From NCBI GenBank assembly GCA_000934665.2, contig KZ537975.1, forward strand, positions 62,001 to 126,000: a stretch of DNA of 64,000 nucleotides, in the 5' to 3' direction. The stretch comes from Catajapyx aquilonaris. Lineage: Eukaryota. The position numbers and the translations under genes were made by a program. Below are positions 56,701 to 64,000 of the stretch, piece after piece. The notes beneath the pieces are model-generated. The model was not told the DNA's origin. It worked only from the letters and a program-made list of their open reading frames with translations, and did not search any database. Positions within the stretch are counted from its first letter, which is position 1; the number at the start of each line of letters is the position of its first letter.

Positions 56701-57970
56701 GCTTTCTAGATGAACGCAGTGATCGAGCACTAATGCCCTGACAGCCTTCGAGTAAGTATGCAATAAAGTCTAGGAATGCTGGATGCAAAAAGAAATTAAT
56801 GTCGCAGAATCTCGGTGGGATTACAACTTCTACCTTGACGTTATACCTCTCAATAAAAAAACGACACATACATACGCACACACTCGCGCTTGGAATTGTT
56901 GTCATGTCCTGCAAATTTGTCGTAGCTCCCGGCATGCCAAGCAACTCTGCCATAACTTTCTCAGAGCGTCATTATTAACTTGCATTTCGCATCAATAATA
57001 TTTGCTCATTTTATCGGCAAGCCTGTAACTACCGTGGAATGCTGCCCTAACAAGTTGTTTCGGATGCAAAACAGTCATCAACCGCCCATAATATCGATCA
57101 TTTTTTATTTATTTTGTCCGCATTATTACGGTATTTAACTTCCATTAAAAATTGTGACGGTTGGAGGAGAAAAATGATCCTTTCACGACATTGTAAGCAT
57201 CGTTACACAACACCTGACTGTGACTTATTGAAGTGGTCAGAAATAGGTTAGTCCCAAAGATATGACACCAGTGTCGACCTTTCTCGAGTTGATTGATGAC
57301 GTCCCAGTGCACCCACCCTCCATTTTCCGATCGTCCTGTGAGGCAACCTGCCCCCTTCTTTTTATATCTCGACCAGCCCTCAATAATTATAACAATGGAA
57401 ACAGCATGTGTCATTGCACAAGGCTCCGTCGGACCTCCCAGAGCGGAACCTTGTCCGTGGCGAGTAAAAATCACCCCCCGCCAAGGCCGTCACCTAATAT
57501 ATTACACATGCATAGGTCTTTAGAGTAATGTGGACCACCTCAAAAAGAGATTATGGGGTCAAATGGAACTATCAAGACCAACAAAGGAATTGATTCGAGC
57601 TTTCCTGGACAGCGATGTCTCAACACTGAATCTTGATTACTCGAGAAACTTGACAGATAGCGATATGTCATATGGCCAACAGAATCAAACATATCAGATT
57701 CTATCCGGATTATTACCCCCATGCACACGATAATGGTGTATTACGACACTCGGTCAAATGTATGTGCAACACCTCATTAATTTATTTCTGAACTGTACGC
57801 TCGGGCTTATAACCCTCTCCTGTGGTAAGAATTAATTTTTTAAATGTAATTTCTTCAACCTTAATTTTTGATGCATCAAAATAATATTATACTTTATCCG
57901 AATTTTAACACAATTTTTCCCCAGATATGCCTAGCGTACTGTACTACGTATAGGACACTTGATTTTTAGT

Positions 57971-58602
57971 CATAATGGGTGGAATTTCGTCCCACTGCTA
58001 GTTACTGACTAACTTTTGCAGTGCCAATGACAACACTGGTACTGCTACGTTAACAGGAGCCTAAAGGTGGGTTTATACTCCGCCGTAAGGGGCACTACGG
58101 CAGCTTACGGCACGCCTTCTGCTGTATCGCCAGCGCACTACGGCATGAATTTCAACTCCCTACGGCCGCTGCAAAAGTTGGACGAAATTCAACTTTTCAG
58201 CTACGTCATAAGGCCACTACGGCAAAAAAAAAGGTGGCTCCACAAAGCTCCGCAATGCTTGCCGTATGTGTCCGAAAGCTGGCTCGTAAGGCATACTCCC
58301 GGAACGATTTGATTTTTGGCCAGCTAATATGATCATTGCCGAGACCCATGGACGTTTTTAGTATTAAAAAATTTAAGTCCAAAATCCGTGGCAGACCGGA
58401 GCTGCGGACACCTGGCGGACACCACGGGTACTAGGAATCCGGCAATGCTTGACATACAGTAGACGTGCAGTAGCTAGTATAAACCGCTTGCAGTAGCAGG
58501 CTCGCTTTCTTTACGGCGCTACTGCTACTTCTCGCCCCTTACGGCGGAGTATAAACCCACCTTAACTCAGTAGCAGTGGCGGAACGAAAATTACGCCCAA
58601 TG
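57971..58602. mobile_element. Older short TIR element interrupted by the Harbinger-like MITE
   Basis: Left end CATAATGGGTGGAATTTCGTCCCACTGCTA resembles the reverse complement of the right end (CATTGGGCGTAATTTTCGTTCCGCCACTGCTA). Degenerate, with no clean TSD. Confidence 0.5.
58065..58562. mobile_element. PIF/Harbinger-like MITE, 498 bp
   Basis: TIR AGGTGGGTTTATACTCCGCCGTAAGGGGC with its exact reverse complement at the other end; TAA TSD at 58062-58064 and 58563-58565; internal TACGGC/GCCGTA motifs. Confidence 0.85.
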
Positions 58603-61600
58603 TTAGGTAACTCATTTGCTCATTAAAAATATTTAAATATTTCAGCGAAAATTAATTTCACATCGCTGTAAGCTAAGTTAACTCATTAAGGAACAAAATC
58701 CATTGAAGCACTCTCACATTTAAAGCGATTACTTTGTGTCTCCAACAATAATTTATGTCACGCCATCAGATATCAGAGAATAAGAAAACCAGGAAATATA
58801 ATATGCCCGCATGTAATCAGGATATGATTATAGCTCTTCCTAAAAGCGGCTTTTAAGGCGTGGCACCGCAATATGACATGCACACCACCAAGGAGTCCTC
58901 ATACACATTGACCTTCCGTTGAATGGCCCCAAATAATGAAGGCTGTTGTTTGTCGGTGAACCGCAAAATGAGCTGCGTGAAATTTCCGAATATTATGCGG
59001 CTCTCCAGATCGTCGTAAGTAAAACACCGCAGTTCTCTTACTGTGTCCAGGAAGTAATCAAACAGCAAAAGGGGGGCCCTGCTACTTGACACCTTGCGGC
59101 CATTTTATCCCGCTGGGACACCCCTACCCCCTAACCTTTTCCAACGGTTTTGGACGATGGAAAAGACTCAACTCGACAAATTGTCCGGGAACCTCTTCCG
59201 GGTTCGACACTGACCAAGTAAAAAAAAGTAGAAAAATTCCCTCGAGATATTGTGTGCCACGCATATCTGATTAGATGGCCGTACGGTTCACGCGGAGTCG
59301 TCTTTTGTCAGCTTTTTTTTTCTTCATGTTGACTTTCACCGTTTAGTAAAATGAAAGATATGGAGCAGTTAGAACCTGCCTCAAAACCGCTCTGTATTCG
59401 GCAGAGAAAAAAAGTTGGTGCTAAAGAAGGAAGCAGGGAGTTAAGTGAATCCATGGTGAGAATGTGAGGATTTACAGGCAAGTAGCGTGGGTTTGTAAGT
59501 TATGGCTGTACTCGCAAGGATTACAACATACCCCTGTGATGGGCTGTTTGTTACCTGCTGTAACGTGTACAAGCGTACAAAGAGCTTCTGGTCGGAATCT
59601 GAATATTGATTTGTCTTGAACAAAATTTGATGCGGATTTAACATTCATTTTTTTAAATTTCCTATAACGGCATATGATACGTAATTTTTTTTAAAAAATC
59701 CACTTGTAATTGCGATGGTGCTTAAAATTTTATTTTAAATATCGCATCAATTTTTGGAGCGCAATTTATCCATCTCTATACAGTAATATTCTGCGCAATA
59801 ATCGTCAATCATACTGTTTACAAACCAAAGGCTTGAAAACATATGCGACTTAAACACATGCAAGAACAGGTTGAGTGTACAACTCGTTTTTTAAAAATAT
59901 TATTTTAAGAATTATGATGTAGCAGCATTTCTTGTCTTCAAATAAATAGTGAGATGTGAACCTTGACTCGTACTCCTACAAGCAGCATCGTTTCATAATT
60001 ACGACCAGAATGTTGTAACACGCAGAAATTACTCATAACTACACTGGCGCGCCCAGCTTACCATATTTGTCAGCGTTTCCAACATGCCAGGTTTATTAGC
60101 CATTTTTTCCTCCTCTTCCCACTTCTTGGTCATTACCTCTCATGTCTAATGTGTTATTGTTGCGAGCTAGCGTGCTCTATACTATTCCAAGTATGTAGGC
60201 CAGGTACATCACACATGCCTTATTTATGGAGTCATACTCCATTTTAATGCTCATTAACTCACAGTTCACGCTAGTATGCAACCATGAACTTTGCAATCTG
60301 CACTTATCGTTTAAAAAAATTTGGGTTAATGTCTTTCCCGCATCTGCAGAGCATTATATGACTTGTTTCCTACGGTACCGGTATGTGACATGAAAATCCC
60401 CTCCTTGACCGACATGTCCGAGGGCTCCGCGAAATATGATGCCCCGGACAAGGACAAACGCACCTTCTTTGCTTTGCTATTCATCTTCACTCACCACCTG
60501 TCCGCTTAATGTAAGAGATGACTGAATGAGCTTTTCACACGCCCTGAAATACATGGGCGGACTCACCTGCAAATGATTTCAAATCCGCCCTGCTAATTGC
60601 GATGTCACACAGATGCGAATCGTGCTTGAAAACCGCTGTCTCCACTTGTTATCCGGTACTGGAAGCTGCAAGTACCACATATATTGATAATATCAATTAA
60701 GCGAGCCACGCCTAGTTGCATAAATCACATCTGATTTTTTTTGTCAGAAATTCTCACATCAAACTAGTTCGCACAGGTGTCGTACTGATTCCATGTAATT
60801 TACGCCTGGTATCAGCATCAGATGACAGCTCTTGCGTGATTAAATATTAAATCATAAGGTGTAATTGCGCTACATTCACTTTCAGCTAGGACTTAAAAGG
60901 AACCCTTTTTTTGCCTATCACTTTAATGGAATAAAGCGGTGATGCTCTTAGATCTCTGAACTTTTTGGATGAATTTTACCAGCCGTACCTGTTAGCGGTG
61001 TTACTTTGTACCGTCACACAAAAAAGTCACTTTGCTGCAGTATTTTTTACTGTCCCTTCTCTTGCAACTTGTGGGGAGAGAAGGGGGTGTAAGTCATTTG
61101 TTCCGAAGGCAAACCCGGACAGAAATGAATTTATGACTCTGGTGCATCGGTAAGTGGTAGTCAACCTGCCACCGGTCGTCTTTTGGAGGACATATTCTAC
61201 GCGGAACCGGCACTAAATCTAGATCTGCACCGCTGAAGTCATGCAATGTAGTCATACTGTGGCAGGAAAAAGACATTAATCCCATTACATGTGCTGTACT
61301 GGTTTTTGAATTATTGTTCAGAACCCATATGAAAAATTCGAGTGGTGCAAACTTTGCACTTTTTTTTCTCTCATACATCTGAGATCATCATACGCACACT
61401 TTACCCTACTTTTCCCTGTAAATGTGCTCGGTACAAGTTTTCAATTTTATCACCTATGCAACATCTCGGAGAGAATCTGTTGCAGCCAGAACCAGTTCTG
61501 GTGCTAAATTACGCGTTCGCACTTTGCAAGCATACCTTGTCAATAAGCCTGACCACACAATGCCCCGATTTTTTATTACAACGTGGGCTCTGAAATACAC

Positions 61601-64000
61601 ACCAAAACAGAGTGTGGGCAGTGCTGCAATGCCTAACAACCTGCTCTGATTTCTGCACGACGCTTCTGCTGACTGTATGGTGGATTTTTCCAACAAAAAT
61701 TTGTGCCGAACCAGACCAACTGGCTCGACTTCTCGTGGAATAGTTAGCCAACTATTGCGTGACTCTTCTTGCAACCAGAGGCCCAAAGCCCCGCTTGCAT
61801 AAATCCAATTTGGCAGCACTGACAAACAAGTTTTCGACCCACACTGAGTATAAGCCCACATATGAGATGCATGCATGCAGGCATCATGGGGCGCATGGCA
61901 AAGCCCACTATTTGTAATTTCATAGGCCACCTAATGAATCATGTTGAATCAGGGAGTCGTGACGTTGATGGTGGCTTTGCAAGAAGATACACCTTGGAGG
62001 GTTTCCTGCTTTTTTTTCCAACCGGGCTTGTTCACAAATTTCAGCTTGGGCTTCTCGATATTAATTGCCAGAAGCACCATATTTATTGCGCGTCTTAGCA
62101 GGGAAAGTTACGCAAACATTGTAATATCGATGTAATTGATGGGCGTACTGTCTCTCGGCGTAATGTGAGATGCCATAACTTTGCGGTTACAAAATTTGTG
62201 CAGCGATGACAACCAAACAATGTACGCAGCTGAGCTACACACGTGACTTTGCCGTTTTCATGCACATGGTGCACTAATTTCCTGATGGCGCCACACATTG
62301 ACATGATTCCGTATTCAAGAGGACGAGCGTCCGCTCCCCCGAATGGCTCTCATAAAAGTAGGGCCAACTGGTGCCATTACTCCTCCAGATTTCTCGTTAA
62401 GGGGAAAATATAGTGGGGGACAACCAGCCGGTTGTTGTGGACCTGGTGCTCCGCAGCTTCCCCTTTTTATTGCCCAGAAGGGGATCTTTGCCAACAATGT
62501 TTTTTGTTACAGATCTACGGAGCAGGAAAAATGATATTCCTCTAACCTGCTGCTTCGAGGCCAAGTGATGTGTTGCGGCTTGGAAAAAGTGACAACTGGC
62601 TTTTGTTCACTATGCATGGAATAACTCAAGTTCTCGAATAAATTCCCCCGGTTGCGATAGACGTCACATGCTACGCAATCATGTCAGAGTAGCTCTCGTT
62701 GCAACAATGAAGGCGATAATTAGATGCCATTTGTCACATGGCTATTCATTGCTACAATGCACGATTTCATTAGGCGTACACGTCGCGACTGACGGGAACT
62801 CCGAGATGGCAGCATTGTTGCGGTCAAGTACACCCAAACTAAAATCGGACTATTTGGGCCAATAAATGTAATTGGCTTAGCGTGCACGTTGCATTGGCCT
62901 TATTAGGAAAGTGGGGGCGTTACGAGCTTGCCCCGAATTCCTCCCCAGTCAGCCTTTTATAGTTTAATTTTAGGTCAATCACGAAAATAGCATCACGACA
63001 AGTCTTCCAGATAAGGAAACCGTCACTGGTGTACAATCCAGCAAAGAATGCGTCCCCAACATATTTATGACACCGTATTTGATTAATGCGGTCACTATGA
63101 TCTTATTGATATCAACACAATCACGCTCTGTGGGTAAATCTGCCAACACACCCAGATATCGAAAATGACCGCAAACAATTGAAAAAAAAGCAGCTGGTAA
63201 CAATTCCCACAGGGTAATAATGCATTTCCCATGCCTCGGACAAATTCCTCGTAAACGTCCTTCTGCTTCCAACACGACATTAATCAAAAAAACAAGCCGC
63301 AGTTGACCCAAGATTCAGGTCCTGTTATCTCCCGAACTGATCGAGAGGACCTCGAATTTAAAAAGTGAGACAAAGGCGATCGGAATTGCCCATAAGATGC
63401 TTTCGGATGAGAAGGGAAAGGACAACCAAGGACGAGAAATTCCTCCGAACTTCCTTTCCTTCCTCCGAGACAACAAAGGGCATAATGAGGAATTGGACAA
63501 GCAACTTTGGCTTCAGCCGGTTTCTATTGCTCCGCAACTAAAGATGTGGCCTGGAATTAATACCAGGCTGCTATTTCGGCATGCTAAGCTTTGCACAGGC
63601 ACATTAGGCATTATTATGTCAAAGATTTTCGGAACCCAATCACGTATTACCTCCGTGCATGTGCATACGGTGCATACGCTTTATGTACGTTTCTGGGTGA
63701 CTTTACTGTATTATTCCCAGCCTGTTTCCTGGGTGGTCGCCTGGAGGCACCGAATAATGACAATGCACAAAAAACAGCTTACATGACGATGCGAAGTGAT
63801 GATTGCCGATGGTTTTTAACGCGCAAATGATGCGTGATCGGTCGTACAGCATCCTTGAAAGAAAATTAATTCCAACGGCCGGAGGACATATTTGCTCATA
63901 GGGTCAAGGAAGTGGTTCGGCCCGATTCTGTCTGCTTCCGAGCAAGAAATATCCAATTATCACGGAGCCATGTACTTTCTGGGGCTTATTTTGCTCGTTG

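Overview
Gene-sparse eukaryotic DNA, most likely from an invertebrate protostome such as an arthropod (inferred from intronless divergent ionotropic receptors). It holds four recognisable + strand genes in the order KLF-A, IR1, IR2, KLF-B. The two KLF1/2/4-class zinc-finger paralogues each have a short first coding exon that the ORF track misses (8-109 and 39233-39328), ending D|GTAAGT and predicted to splice in phase 0 to a large exon starting MWQ[ED]IESVLLGD. Between them are two tandem intronless ionotropic chemoreceptor genes. Non-coding DNA contains several MITEs (hAT-like, Tc1/pogo-like, PIF/Harbinger-like, one nested). The main unexplained signals are a 150/152 nt identical tract between the otherwise diverged KLF paralogues (likely gene conversion), asymmetric retention of activation and degron motifs between them, and two adjacent unrelated long hairpins punctuated by a repeated CTCF-like motif at 30.2-30.85 kb. 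No confident gene was found from about 44 to 64 kb. All calls were made by eye, with no database searches.
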